Below, piece after piece: positions 55,097 to 64,000 of a stretch of DNA of 64,000 nt. A program made the translations under genes and the position numbers. Every line of letters begins with the position of its first letter. Position 1 is the stretch's first letter. The notes under the pieces were generated by a model. The model had not been told where the DNA came from. It did no database searches and worked only from the letters and a program-made list of their open reading frames with translations. The stretch comes from an uncultured Oscillospiraceae bacterium (GTDB taxonomy: Bacteria > Bacillota > Clostridia > Oscillospirales > Oscillospiraceae), in contig CAKTPP010000004.1 in the NCBI GenBank assembly GCA_934591895.1, positions 81,582-145,581 of the forward strand, given 5' to 3'.

Positions 55097-56979
55097 TGCG
55101 TCAGAGAATCGAATCCCTGGAGCAGTTTCGCGCGCTGCAGGCCGAGTACATGGCCGCACGCGAGGCGGAAAAGCGTAAGATCCTTGTCTGCTGCGGCACG
55201 GGCTGTGTCGCCGGCGGCAACCTGAACGTCTATCATGAGCTCAAAAAGCGCATGGATGAGCTGGGGATCCCCTGTGAGGTCTCTCTGACCGAGCACCATG
55301 CCGATTCCGTCGGCCTGAAAAAGTCCGGCTGCCACGGCTTTTGCGAGATGGGACCGCTCGTGCGCATCGAGCCCGAGGGCTGGCTGTACACCAAGTGCCA
55401 GGTCAGCGACGTGGAGGAGATCATTCAGAAGACCATCCTCGGCGGTCAGTTCATCGAGCGCCTCGGCTACAACCGGGGCGGCGAGCTCTATGAGCGCCAG
55501 GAGGACATCCCGTTTTACAAGCGCCAGACCCGCCGCGTGCTCGAGCACTGCGGCCACATCGACGCGGAATCCATCGAGGAGTATCTGTCCATCGGCGGCT
55601 ACGGCGCGCTGGCCAAGGCACTGTTTGAGATGCAGCCGGAGCAGATCGTGCAGGTCGTGAGTGATTCCGGTCTGCGCGGCCGCGGCGGCGCGGGCTTCCC
55701 GACGGGCAAAAAGTGGGCGCAGGTCGCTGCGCACACCGAGGAGCCCGTGAAGTACATCGTCTGCAACGGCGACGAGGGCGACCCCGGCGCCTTCATGGAC
55801 CGCTCCTGCATGGAGGGCGACCCGCACAAGGTCATCGAGGGCATGATCGTCGCGGGCGTGGCCACCGGCTCCACCGAGGGCTACATCTATGTCCGCGCCG
55901 AGTATCCCATGGCCGTGCACCGTCTCACCGTTGCCATTGAGCAGGCGCAGGAGATGGGCCTGCTGGGCGACAATATCCTCGGCAGCGGCTTCAATTTCCA
56001 TATGCACATCAACTGCGGCGCGGGCGCGTTCGTCTGCGGCGAGGGCTCGGCCATGACCGCGTCCATCGAGGGCAACCGCGGCATGCCGCGCACGAAGCCC
56101 CCGCGCTCCGTCGATAAGGGCCTGTACGGCAAGCCCACCTGCCTGAACAACGTCGAGACGTTTGCCAACGTCCCCGACATCATCAAGAAGGGCGCCGACT
56201 GGTTCAAGTCCGTCGGCACGGAGGGCAGCTCCGGCACAAAGGCCTTCGCCCTGACGGGCAACGTCGTCAACACCGGTCTGATCGAGGTGCCCATGGGCAC
56301 GACGATGCGCGAGGTCGTGTATGAGATCGGCGGCGGCATCAAAAACGGCAAGGCGTTCAAGGCTGTGCAGATCGGCGGCCCGTCCGGCGGCTGCCTGACC
56401 GAAGAGCACATGGATCTGCCCATGGACTTTGACTCGCTGAAAAAGGCCGGCGCGATCATCGGCTCCGGCGGCCTCGTCGTCATGGACGAGGACACGTGCA
56501 TGGTGTCCATCGCGCAGTTTTTCATGAACTTCATCTGCAACGAGTCGTGCGGCAAGTGCACCCCGTGCCGCGAGGGCACGACCCGTATGCTCGACATCCT
56601 CACCCGGATCACGAAGGGCAACGGGAAACCCGGCGACATCGAGGAGCTGCGCTCCCTTGCCAAGATGATCCAGAACTCCTCCCTGTGCGGTCTCGGCAAG
56701 ACGGCGCCGAACCCCGTACTGTCCACGCTCGCAAACTTTGAGGATGAATACCGCGAGCATATCTTCGACAAGAAGTGCCGCACCGGCAGCTGCCGCAGCC
56801 TGACGACGTATGTCATCGACCCGGCAGTGTGCAAGGGCTGCACGAAGTGCGCGCGCAACTGCCCGGCCGGCGCCATCACCGGCGAGCTGAAAAAGCCGCA
56901 CCACATCGATCCGGAAAAATGCATCAAGTGCGGCGCCTGCAAGGCCGGCTGCCCGTTCGGTGCGATCAAGGAGGCGTGA
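55096..56979 (+). CDS. hydB: NuoF-like flavoprotein subunit of the [FeFe] hydrogenase (FMN/NADH binding, Fe-S)
   Basis: 627 aa. GLRGRGGAGFPTGKKW, the SLBB/4Fe-4S region ESCGKCTPCREG, and two C-terminal ferredoxin motifs. Confidence 0.9.
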   Translation: MRQRIESLEQFRALQAEYMAAREAEKRKILVCCGTGCVAGGNLNVYHELKKRMDELGIPCEVSLTEHHADSVGLKKSGCHGFCEMGPLVRIEPEGWLYTKCQVSDVEEIIQKTILGGQFIERLGYNRGGELYERQEDIPFYKRQTRRVLEHCGHIDAESIEEYLSIGGYGALAKALFEMQPEQIVQVVSDSGLRGRGGAGFPTGKKWAQVAAHTEEPVKYIVCNGDEGDPGAFMDRSCMEGDPHKVIEGMIVAGVATGSTEGYIYVRAEYPMAVHRLTVAIEQAQEMGLLGDNILGSGFNFHMHINCGAGAFVCGEGSAMTASIEGNRGMPRTKPPRSVDKGLYGKPTCLNNVETFANVPDIIKKGADWFKSVGTEGSSGTKAFALTGNVVNTGLIEVPMGTTMREVVYEIGGGIKNGKAFKAVQIGGPSGGCLTEEHMDLPMDFDSLKKAGAIIGSGGLVVMDEDTCMVSIAQFFMNFICNESCGKCTPCREGTTRMLDILTRITKGNGKPGDIEELRSLAKMIQNSSLCGLGKTAPNPVLSTLANFEDEYREHIFDKKCRTGSCRSLTTYVIDPAVCKGCTKCARNCPAGAITGELKKPHHIDPEKCIKCGACKAGCPFGAIKEA

Positions 56980-56982
56980 ACC

Positions 56983-58677
56983 ATGGCTGAAAAGAAAATG
57001 ATCATCGACGGTGTGTCCTGCCCGTTCACGACCGAGCGCAACGTGCTCGAGGTCGCCCGCAACAACGGCATCGACATCCCCTCGCTTTGCTACTGTGAAA
57101 ACCTGTCCATCTACGGCGGCTGCCGCCTGTGCCTTGTCGAGAACGACCGCGGCAAGATGGACGCGGCCTGCTCCATGCAGCCGCGCGACGGCATGGTCGT
57201 CAATACCCACACCAAGCAGGTGCTCGACAGCCGCCGCACGACGCTGCAGCTGCTCATGAGCAGCCACCGCGCCGACTGCCTGACCTGCGATCAGAGCGGC
57301 CGCTGCAAGCTGCAGGAGTATGCCCGCCGCTACCATGTGGACGAGCATCGCTTCGAGCCCAACACCTACTGCACCGAGCCCGTGGATCTCTCGTCGCCGA
57401 GCATCGTGCGCGACCCGAGCAAGTGCATCCTCTGCGGTCTGTGCGTGCGCACCTGCGCCGAGATCCAGAACATCGGCGCGGTCGATTTCAGCGGCCGCGG
57501 CAAGAAGGCGCACATCTCCGCCGACTTCGGCAAGACCCTCAAGGATACCGACTGTGTCGGCTGCGGCCAGTGCGCCGCCGTGTGCCCGACGGGCGCGATC
57601 ACGATCCGCAACGAGACCGAAAAGTTCTGGTCGATGCTGCAGGATCAGACCCGCAAGGTCGTCGTGCAGTACGCACCGAGCGTGCGCGTCGGCATGGCCG
57701 AGCGCTTCGGCCTGCCCGCAAACGAGCCCTGCACCGGCAAGCTCGTCGCCGCGCTGCGCCGCCTCGGCGCCGACGTGGTGTATGACACAAACCTCACCGC
57801 CGACCTCACGATCATGGAGGAGTCGGCAGAATTCCTTGAAAAGGTCAAGACCGGCGCGAAGCTGCCGATGTTCACCTCCTGCTGCCCCGGCTGGATCCAG
57901 CACGTGGAGCACCGCCACCCGCACCTCATGCCCCAGGTGAGCACCTGCGGCAGCCCGATGGCGATGTTCGGCTCGCTCATCCGCAAGCAGTTTGCGGGCG
58001 AGGATGTCTATTCCGTGGCCATCATGCCCTGCACCGGCAAAAAGTTCGAGGCTGCGCGCCCCGAGCTTGAGAAGGACGGCGAGCGGCTCATCGACCTCGT
58101 CATCACGACGAGCGAGCTGTGCGACATGATCGAGGAGGCCGGCATCAACTTCGCCGCGCTCCCGGATGAGGAGCCCGACGCCCCGCTTGGCGACTACACC
58201 GGCGCCGGCGTCATCTTCGGCGTGACCGGCGGCGTGACCGAGGCCGTCATCCGCCGCGTGCTCGACGACGCCAGCCCGAACACCCTGCAGACCATCGCCG
58301 AGTGCGGCGTGCGCGGACTTGAGGGCACGAAGGCGTTCAGCGTCACGGCCGGCGATCTGACCATCCGCATCGCGGTGGTAAACGGTCTGGCCAATGCCGA
58401 CCGGCTCATCGCCAAGGTCGAGTCCGGAGAGGAGCAGTTTGACTTCATCGAGGTCATGGCCTGCCCGAACGGCTGCATCGGCGGCGGCGGTCAGCCCCCC
58501 GCCTGCAACAAGCGCAAGGCCGAGCGTGCCGAGGCCATCTTCAAGGCGGACGAGGCGTGCGCTCTGCGCATCCCGCAGCAGAACCCCGATCTGTCGTATG
58601 TCTACGACAATCTGCTCAAGGGCCGTGCCCACGAGCTGCTGCACATCCACTATCCGGCACACGGCGACCACGCCTGA
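56983..58677 (+). CDS. hydA: [FeFe] hydrogenase catalytic subunit
   Basis: 564 aa. N-terminal 2Fe-2S and 4Fe-4S domains. H-cluster motifs TSCCPGW, MPCTGKKFE and EVMACPNGCIGGGGQP. Confidence 0.9.
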   Translation: MAEKKMIIDGVSCPFTTERNVLEVARNNGIDIPSLCYCENLSIYGGCRLCLVENDRGKMDAACSMQPRDGMVVNTHTKQVLDSRRTTLQLLMSSHRADCLTCDQSGRCKLQEYARRYHVDEHRFEPNTYCTEPVDLSSPSIVRDPSKCILCGLCVRTCAEIQNIGAVDFSGRGKKAHISADFGKTLKDTDCVGCGQCAAVCPTGAITIRNETEKFWSMLQDQTRKVVVQYAPSVRVGMAERFGLPANEPCTGKLVAALRRLGADVVYDTNLTADLTIMEESAEFLEKVKTGAKLPMFTSCCPGWIQHVEHRHPHLMPQVSTCGSPMAMFGSLIRKQFAGEDVYSVAIMPCTGKKFEAARPELEKDGERLIDLVITTSELCDMIEEAGINFAALPDEEPDAPLGDYTGAGVIFGVTGGVTEAVIRRVLDDASPNTLQTIAECGVRGLEGTKAFSVTAGDLTIRIAVVNGLANADRLIAKVESGEEQFDFIEVMACPNGCIGGGGQPPACNKRKAERAEAIFKADEACALRIPQQNPDLSYVYDNLLKGRAHELLHIHYPAHGDHA

Positions 58678-58696
58678 GCCGCGGGCAAAACAGAAT

Positions 58697-58736
58697 AAAA
58701 ACGTGCATGGAAGCTCGCTTCCATGCACGTTTTTTG
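58697..58736 (+). terminator. intrinsic terminator of the hydrogenase operon
   Basis: ACGTGCATGGAAG, loop ctcg, CTTCCATGCACGT, followed by TTTTT. Confidence 0.85.
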
Positions 58737-58826
58737 CTTGCGGGCGCGCGCCGCGCAGCCGGGATGGACTGCGCTGCACCTCCGGTCGGGCGGAAGGGTG
58801 AGAAAATCTCCGGTGTCCGGAACGCC

Positions 58827-58960
58827 GGAAAAGCCTCGCAGAGTTTCGCCGCCGGAGCGGCGAAAGGAAATTTGACCATTTTCTTCGGCGACATGTGCGT
58901 CGAAGAAAATACTTCTCAGGCTGCAAGTGTGGAATTTGGGCGCGGAGGGGGCGTCTGCGT
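58827..58960 (-). repeat. intergenic repeat copy E (truncated at the distal end)
   Basis: Near-identical to the first ~110 nt of copies C and D (GCAGAGTTTCGCCGCCGGAGCGGCGAAAG...TTTTCTTCGGCGACATGTGCGTCGAAGAAAATACTTCTCAGGCTGCAAGTGTGGAATTT). It lacks the two distal hairpins. Confidence 0.65.
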
Positions 58961-59011
58961 ACCTCCGGTCGAGCGGAAGGGCGAGAAAATCTCCGGTGTC
59001 CGTAACGTCAG

Positions 59012-59042
59012 AAAACCCCGCGCCGGATGGCGCGGGGTTTTG
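59012..59042. terminator. bidirectional intrinsic terminator
   Basis: AAAA, then CCCCGCGCC, loop ggat, GGCGCGGGG, then TTTT. Confidence 0.75.
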
Positions 59043-59109
59043 TGTGTTTTGCTGTCTGCTCAGGCAGAGCGGGGAAGCCGCACGATCTGCCGGGCGGGGC
59101 GGGGGACGC

Positions 59110-59655
59110 TCACTCCGCCGTGTCGGAGATGAGGCCGTAGCCGCCGTCCTTGCGCCGATAGACCACCGACACCGCACCGTCGGCCGCGACATCGCGGAAG
59201 ACGAAGAACGTGTGCTCGAGCAGATCCATCTGCAAAATCGCCTCCTCGACGCTCATGGGCTTGATGGGGAAGCGCTTGCGGCGCACGATCTCGAACGCGC
59301 CGGCCTCGGCCGTGTCGTCCGCGGGGAGGTAATCGGGCTGCACCTCGCGCTCGAACGCACCGTCGCGCAGCTTCTTGGCGAGGCGGGTCTTGTTCTTGCG
59401 GATCTGGCGCTCGATCGTCGCCACGGCGGAATCGACGGAGGCGTACATGTCGCTCGTCGTCTCGTGGGCGCGGAAGAACGTGCCGTTGTTCTTGATCGTG
59501 ATCTCGGCCGTGAAGCGGCCGCGCTCCGTGCTGAAGGTGACGTTTGCCTCGCTTTCCGTGCGGAAGAGCCGGTCGATCTTGCTGACCTTCTTCTCCGCAT
59601 ACGCGCGCAGGGAACCGGACGGGGCCATTTTCTTTTCGATGAACGTGAACTTCAT
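59110..59655 (-). CDS. hpf: ribosome hibernation promoting factor, long form
   Basis: 181 aa. The N-terminal S30AE/YfiA domain (RLFRTESEANVTFSTERGRFTAEITI) plus the C-terminal dimerisation domain (KRFPIKPMSVEEAILQMDLL). Confidence 0.9.
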   Translation of the reverse strand: MKFTFIEKKMAPSGSLRAYAEKKVSKIDRLFRTESEANVTFSTERGRFTAEITIKNNGTFFRAHETTSDMYASVDSAVATIERQIRKNKTRLAKKLRDGAFEREVQPDYLPADDTAEAGAFEIVRRKRFPIKPMSVEEAILQMDLLEHTFFVFRDVAADGAVSVVYRRKDGGYGLISDTAE

Positions 59656-59804
59656 AAAACGCCACTCCTTTCAGGTTTGCACTCCGGGTCATCCCGGATC
59701 GTTGTGTACATGATAGCCGACTTCGCGGCAAAAAGAAAGCAGAATCTGTGAACTTTTCCCCGATCACCGCGCGATCGGCGTTTTTTTCCAGCGGGAAGCA
59801 GGGC

Positions 59805-60194
59805 TCAGCCCTTTTTCGCCTCCGCCTTGGCGAGAAACTTCTCGGCCATGATGAGGAAGCGCTCGTGCGTGCCCTGACCGATCGGACCGGCATCGTCGGA
59901 CGCCGTGACGCGGAACACGAGGCGGCGGCGGTCGACCTCAACGAGCTCGGCCTTGGCCGTGACGTGCATACCGACGGGGGTCGCCGCGTCGTGTGAGACG
60001 TCAAGCTTCGTGCCGACGCTGCTCTGGCCTTCCTCCAGAGCGTCTGCAATGGCGTTGCAGGCGGCATTTTCCATCAGGGCGATCATATACGGCGTCGCGA
60101 ACACCGGCAGGGAGCCGGAGCCGACAGCGGCCGCAGTATTTTCAGGCGTCACGACGGTGGAAGCGGTACCGACGGCGCCAACGGAAATGGACAT
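59805..60194 (-). CDS. hotdog-fold thioesterase family protein
   Basis: Start at the ATG at 60194 (MSISVGAVGTASTVVTPENTA...) with an AAGGAGAG RBS. The pattern resembles fluoroacetyl-CoA-thioesterase-like hotdog proteins. Function is tentative. Confidence 0.65.
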   Translation of the reverse strand: MSISVGAVGTASTVVTPENTAAAVGSGSLPVFATPYMIALMENAACNAIADALEEGQSSVGTKLDVSHDAATPVGMHVTAKAELVEVDRRRLVFRVTASDDAGPIGQGTHERFLIMAEKFLAKAEAKKG

Positions 60195-60349
60195 GGGAAA
60201 TCTCTCCTTTACTACGTTTGTGAGCCACCGGCGACGCCCGACGTATGTGCGTTTGCCGACCGGGGGTAAGGTTAGTTTAACATGATTCCAGAGGGAACGC
60301 AACCAAAATTCCGCGCCGCACGCGCGGTCGTGTTAACGTTGTGTCAGTC

Positions 60350-60378
60350 CTTGCAGGACGGGCATTCCGGTGCTATAA
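60350..60378 (+). promoter_or_regulatory. sigma-70-type promoter upstream of glyQS
   Basis: TTGCAG (60350-60355), 17-nt spacer, TATAAT (60373-60378). Confidence 0.55.
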
Positions 60379-60487
60379 TATTTATTTGTCCGGCAGAGGT
60401 ATTTCCGGCCGGGCGCGTCCCGCCGAAGCCATCGGCGGAGAACATTTGGCTTCCGCCATCGCCATTGGCGGAGCAGGGAGGAACATC

Positions 60488-61888
60488 ATGAAAAACACCG
60501 AAAAGACAATGGACAAGATCGTCGCCCTGTGCAAGAACCGCGGCTTTGTATACCCCGGCTCCGAGATCTACGGCGGCCTCGCCAACTCCTGGGACTACGG
60601 CCCGCTCGGCGTGGAGCTGAAAAACAACGTCAAGCGCGCATGGTGGCAGAAGTTCGTGCAGGAAAACCCCTACAACGTCGGGCTCGACTCCGCGATCCTC
60701 ATGAACCCGCAGGTCTGGGTGGCTTCCGGCCACGTGACGACGTTCAACGATCCGCTCATTGACTGCAAGTCCTGCAAGATGCGCCACCGCGCCGACAAGC
60801 TCATCGAGGGCTGGCTGGCCGAAAACCCCATGCCCGACGTGAATGTCGAGGCCATGACCAACGACGAGATGGTGGCCTTCATCCGCGCCCAGCAGATCCC
60901 CTGCCCGGGCTGCGGCAAGAGCGACTTTACCGATATCCGCAAATTCAACCTCATGTTCAAGACCCATCAGGGCGTGACCGAGGACACGGCCGCCGAGGTG
61001 TATCTGCGCCCCGAGACCGCGCAGGGCATTTTCGTCAACTTCAAGAACATCCAGCGCACGACGCGCCGCAAGATCCCGTTCGGCGTCTGCCAGGTCGGCA
61101 AGAGCTTCCGCAACGAGATCACGCCGGGCAACTTCATCTTCCGCATCCGCGAGTTTGAGCAGATGGAGCTGGAGTTCTTCTGCGAGCCGGGCACGGATCT
61201 GGAGTGGTTCGATTACTGGCGCAGCTTCTGCCATGAGTGGCTCAAGGGTCTGCGTATGCAGGACGAGAACCTCCGTCTGCGCGACCATGAGAAGGAGGAG
61301 CTGAGCTTCTACTCCAAGGCCACGACCGACTTTGAGTATCTGTTCCCGTTCGGCTGGGGCGAGCTCTGGGGCGTCGCCGACCGCACGAACTATGACCTGA
61401 GCCAGCACCAGAAGTTCTCCGGTCAGGACATGGACTATTTCGATCAGGAGAAAAACGAGCACTACATCCCCTACGTCATCGAGCCGTCGCTCGGCGCCGA
61501 CCGCGTGACGCTGGCCTTCCTGTGTGAGGCGTATGACGAGGAGGTCGTGGACGAGGCCAAGAACGACACCCGCGTCGTGATGCACTTCCACCCGGCGCTC
61601 GCGCCGTTCAAGTGCGCGGTGCTGCCGCTGTCGAAAAAGCTCTCCGAGCCCGCGACCGAGCTCTACCACCAGCTGCAGAAGCACTTCATGTGCGACTACG
61701 ACGAGGCCGGCTCGATCGGCAAGCGCTACCGCCGTCAGGACGAGATCGGCACGCCGTACTGCGTGACGTTCGACTTTGACTCGGCGGAGGACGGCTGCGT
61801 GACCGTGCGCGACCGCGACAGCATGCAGCAGGAGCGCATCCCCATGGATCAGCTCGCCGACTACATTGCCGCGCGCATCCGGTTTTAA
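60488..61888 (+). CDS. glyQS: glycine--tRNA ligase (homodimeric class II type)
   Basis: Start at the ATG at 60488 ([41 protein letters not shown]) with a GGGAGG RBS. Confidence 0.95.
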   Translation: MKNTEKTMDKIVALCKNRGFVYPGSEIYGGLANSWDYGPLGVELKNNVKRAWWQKFVQENPYNVGLDSAILMNPQVWVASGHVTTFNDPLIDCKSCKMRHRADKLIEGWLAENPMPDVNVEAMTNDEMVAFIRAQQIPCPGCGKSDFTDIRKFNLMFKTHQGVTEDTAAEVYLRPETAQGIFVNFKNIQRTTRRKIPFGVCQVGKSFRNEITPGNFIFRIREFEQMELEFFCEPGTDLEWFDYWRSFCHEWLKGLRMQDENLRLRDHEKEELSFYSKATTDFEYLFPFGWGELWGVADRTNYDLSQHQKFSGQDMDYFDQEKNEHYIPYVIEPSLGADRVTLAFLCEAYDEEVVDEAKNDTRVVMHFHPALAPFKCAVLPLSKKLSEPATELYHQLQKHFMCDYDEAGSIGKRYRRQDEIGTPYCVTFDFDSAEDGCVTVRDRDSMQQERIPMDQLADYIAARIRF

Positions 61889-61891
61889 GCC

Positions 61892-62272
61892 ATGCCGAAG
61901 ATCGTCCCGCCGCCGGACCCGATCGCGAAGGAGGAACCCGGTGCGCAGATCGCCCGCTGGCTCGGGCCGGTGGGCGGCGCCTTTGTGCTGCTGCTGTCGG
62001 TGCTGATGATCGTGTTTTGCTTCACGGCGGGGGCAAACCCCGTGCCGGGCTACGACCCGCCGCATGACAGCGATTATTACGCCGCACATCCCGAGGAGCT
62101 CGCGCAGGAGCTCAACGCGAATTTCCTGCCCGCGCTCGACGAGACCGCGCACGCCGAGGCAAACGGCGATACCGTTACCGTGACGGCCTCGGCCAAGGAG
62201 TACGTGCCCGTGCGCGGCGCGGTGCTGAAGTTTTACGACGCGGCGCTCTTTACGTTTGAGAAGGCAGATTAG
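61892..62272 (+). CDS. hypothetical membrane-anchored protein
   Basis: 126 aa with one TM helix. Lies 3 nt after the glyQS stop. No family recognised. Confidence 0.5.
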   Translation: MPKIVPPPDPIAKEEPGAQIARWLGPVGGAFVLLLSVLMIVFCFTAGANPVPGYDPPHDSDYYAAHPEELAQELNANFLPALDETAHAEANGDTVTVTASAKEYVPVRGAVLKFYDAALFTFEKAD

Positions 62273-62307
62273 ATCAGAATAGAAATAGAAGAAAAGGAAG
62301 AATCAAT

Positions 62308-64000
62308 ATGAAACACGGATTTATCAAGGTTGCAGCGGCTGCTCCCGAGATCCGGGTAGCAGACCCGATGTTCAATGCGGATGCCGTTATCCGCGCCATG
62401 GACGAGCATGCGCGCCTCGGCGTGAAGGTGCTCGTGTTCCCGGAGCTGACGCTCACAGGTGCGACCTGCGGCGATCTGTTTTACCAGAACACGCTGCTTG
62501 CAGGCGCGGCGGCCGCGCTCGAGAAGGTCGTTCAGGCGTCCGCGGGCAAGGACATGCTCGTGTTCGTCGGCCTGCCGGTCGCGCAGGGCGCGAAGGTGTA
62601 TGACGCGGCGGCCGTCGTGTGCAACGGCGAGCTGCTCGGCGTCGTGCCGGCGAGCTGCCCGGGCGACAAGCACTTTGCGCTGCCCGGCGCGCTGCTCGAC
62701 GACATCACGATCGGCGCGCTCGGCCCGGTCGATTTCCACGCGCAGCAGCTGTTCCAGCACAGCGAGGTCGGTGAGCTGACCGCCGCCGTGCTTGTCGGCG
62801 CGGACGTGACCGCGCCGGTGTCTCCGGCCGTGCGCCACGCGCTCGCCGGGGCGACCGTGCTCGTCGAGATGGCGGGCTTCCCGATGACGACGGACTCCGT
62901 CTGCCGTGTGACCACCGCCGTGCGCGCCGAGAGCGCGAGACTGCACGCCGGTGTCGTGCTCGCGGCGCCCGGCTTCGGCGAGTCGAGCACCGATGCGACG
63001 TATTCCGGCCTGTGCCTCATCGTCGAGGACGGCAAGGTGCTCGAGAGCGCCGAGGACGGCTGCACCGACGTCGTGACCGAGCTGGATGTGCAGATGCTCA
63101 TCGCCGCGCGCCGCAGGGACGCCGCCTTCACCGGCGACGCCGCGTCCTACGTCGTCACCGAGTGGGGCGAGGGCATGGAGGAGACCGTGCTCACCCGCCC
63201 GTTCGGCAAGTACCCCTACCGTCCGGACGATCCGGCGGATTACCACGCGGCGGCCGAACGCCTGCTGCATATGCAGGCTGCGAGCCTTGTGCGCCGCATG
63301 CAGTACGCCAACCTCAAGCATCCGGTCGTCGGCATCTCCGGCGGTGTGGACTCGACGCTCGCCGTCATCATCTGCGCCGAGGCCGTGAAGATGATGGGGC
63401 TGCCGGCCGACTATGTGACCGCCGTGACCATGCCGTGCTTCGGCACGACCGACCGCACGAAGTCCAACGCCATCATCGTGTCCGAGCAGCTTGGCGCGAC
63501 CGTGCGCGTGATCGACATCGGCGAGAGCGTCATGCAGCACTTCAAGGACATCGGCCACGACCCCGAAAACCGCAACGTCGTGTATGAAAACGCGCAGGCG
63601 CGCGAGCGCACCCAGATCCTCATGGACGTGGCCAACGGCTTTGCCGACGGCGGCATCCATGTCGGCACGGAGGACATGTCCGAGTACGCCGACGGCTGGT
63701 GCACCTACAACGGCGACCATATCTCGATGTATGACGTCAACGTCGGCTCGACCAAGACCATGGTGCAGATGGTCGTGCGCTACGTCGCCGAGACCACGGA
63801 CGACGACGTGCTGTCCAAGGCGCTGCTGGACGTGCTTGACACGCCGGTCAGCCCCGAGCTGCTGCCGCCGACGCGCAACGGCGAGATCGCCCAGAAGAGC
63901 GAGGACTCCGTCGGCCCGTACAACCTTCAGGACTTCTTCCTGTACTATCTGGTCGATCACGGCTTTGCGCCCGAGAAGGTGCTGCGTCTGGCCGATGCCG
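62308..64000 (+). CDS. nadE: glutamine-dependent NAD+ synthetase (3' end beyond the window)
   Basis: My own translation from the ATG at 62308 gives MKHGFIKVAAAAPEIRVADPMFNADAVIRAMDEHARLGVKVLVFPELTLTG (CN-hydrolase domain). Later, GISGGVDSTL (PP-loop) appears. The ORF stays open to the window end and is absent from the ORF track because no stop is reached. Confidence 0.9.
   Translation, partial: MKHGFIKVAAAAPEIRVADPMFNADAVIRAMDEHARLGVKVLVFPELTLTGATCGDLFYQNTLLAGAAAALEKVVQASAGKDMLVFVGLPVAQGAKVYDAAAVVCNGELLGVVPASCPGDKHFALPGALLDDITIGALGPVDFHAQQLFQHSEVGELTAAVLVGADVTAPVSPAVRHALAGATVLVEMAGFPMTTDSVCRVTTAVRAESARLHAGVVLAAPGFGESSTDATYSGLCLIVEDGKVLESAEDGCTDVVTELDVQMLIAARRRDAAFTGDAASYVVTEWGEGMEETVLTRPFGKYPYRPDDPADYHAAAERLLHMQAASLVRRMQYANLKHPVVGISGGVDSTLAVIICAEAVKMMGLPADYVTAVTMPCFGTTDRTKSNAIIVSEQLGATVRVIDIGESVMQHFKDIGHDPENRNVVYENAQARERTQILMDVANGFADGGIHVGTEDMSEYADGWCTYNGDHISMYDVNVGSTKTMVQMVVRYVAETTDDDVLSKALLDVLDTPVSPELLPPTRNGEIAQKSEDSVGPYNLQDFFLYYLVDHGFAPEKVLRLADA

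Noticed and set aside
54802-58926. 1374-aa minus-strand ORF spanning the hydrogenase locus
   Set aside because: It is antisense to three genes with unmistakable NuoE, NuoF and H-cluster motifs, and its own translation has no recognisable domain. The same reasoning applies to 24085-25677, 27731-29113, 29014-30255, 38808-40403, 41396-43384, 60344-62152 and 62269-63960.
60195-60487. Possible glycine T-box or glycine riboswitch upstream of glyQS
   Set aside because: I found no T-box sequence (..GGTGGTACCGCG..), specifier-loop architecture or glycine-aptamer core. The leader downstream of the best promoter is only about 110 nt.

Overview
This is a high-GC chromosomal segment, roughly two-thirds G+C by eye. 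From gene content I infer a strictly anaerobic Firmicute of the Clostridia/Oscillospiraceae type; this is not a database result. I can support about 57 protein genes, nearly all housekeeping or envelope functions. They include rpmE, addAB, a split aconitase-X pair and a YgiQ radical-SAM operon. They also include a GT4-CsaB fusion, purN, archaeal-type proS, a GH2 hydrolase, the full rnfCDGEAB operon, rpiB and a PMT-family glycosyltransferase. The rest include rny, CIRCE-groES-groEL, aroC, an OmpR/HK pair with an HtrA protease, a NitT/TauT-type ABC importer, a trimeric NuoEF-type [FeFe] hydrogenase, hpf, glyQS and nadE (3' end truncated by the window). I saw no rRNA, tRNA, CRISPR array, transposase, integrase or phage genes. 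Most long ORFs in the supplied track are antisense shadows typical of high-GC DNA. Four things are not explained by ordinary annotation. (1) A family of hairpin-rich 130-200 nt intergenic repeats occurs six times in the window, always just behind terminators. Compensatory base changes preserve its stems, and locus-specific direct duplications of variable length (about 20 to 65 bp) bracket the copies. I do not recognise it as a named repeat family, and it is my best candidate for something undescribed. (2) An 87-bp terminator-containing segment is duplicated with a 146-bp period behind the htrA-like gene. (3) A single, visibly low-GC orphan gene (385 aa) with its own promoter and terminator sits between high-GC core genes. 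(4) The ABC importer has a roughly 190-nt leader with an internal intrinsic terminator and a 9-nt direct repeat. All coordinates, alignments and motif calls were made by eye from the sequence. No searches were run, and family names rest on recognised sequence motifs only.
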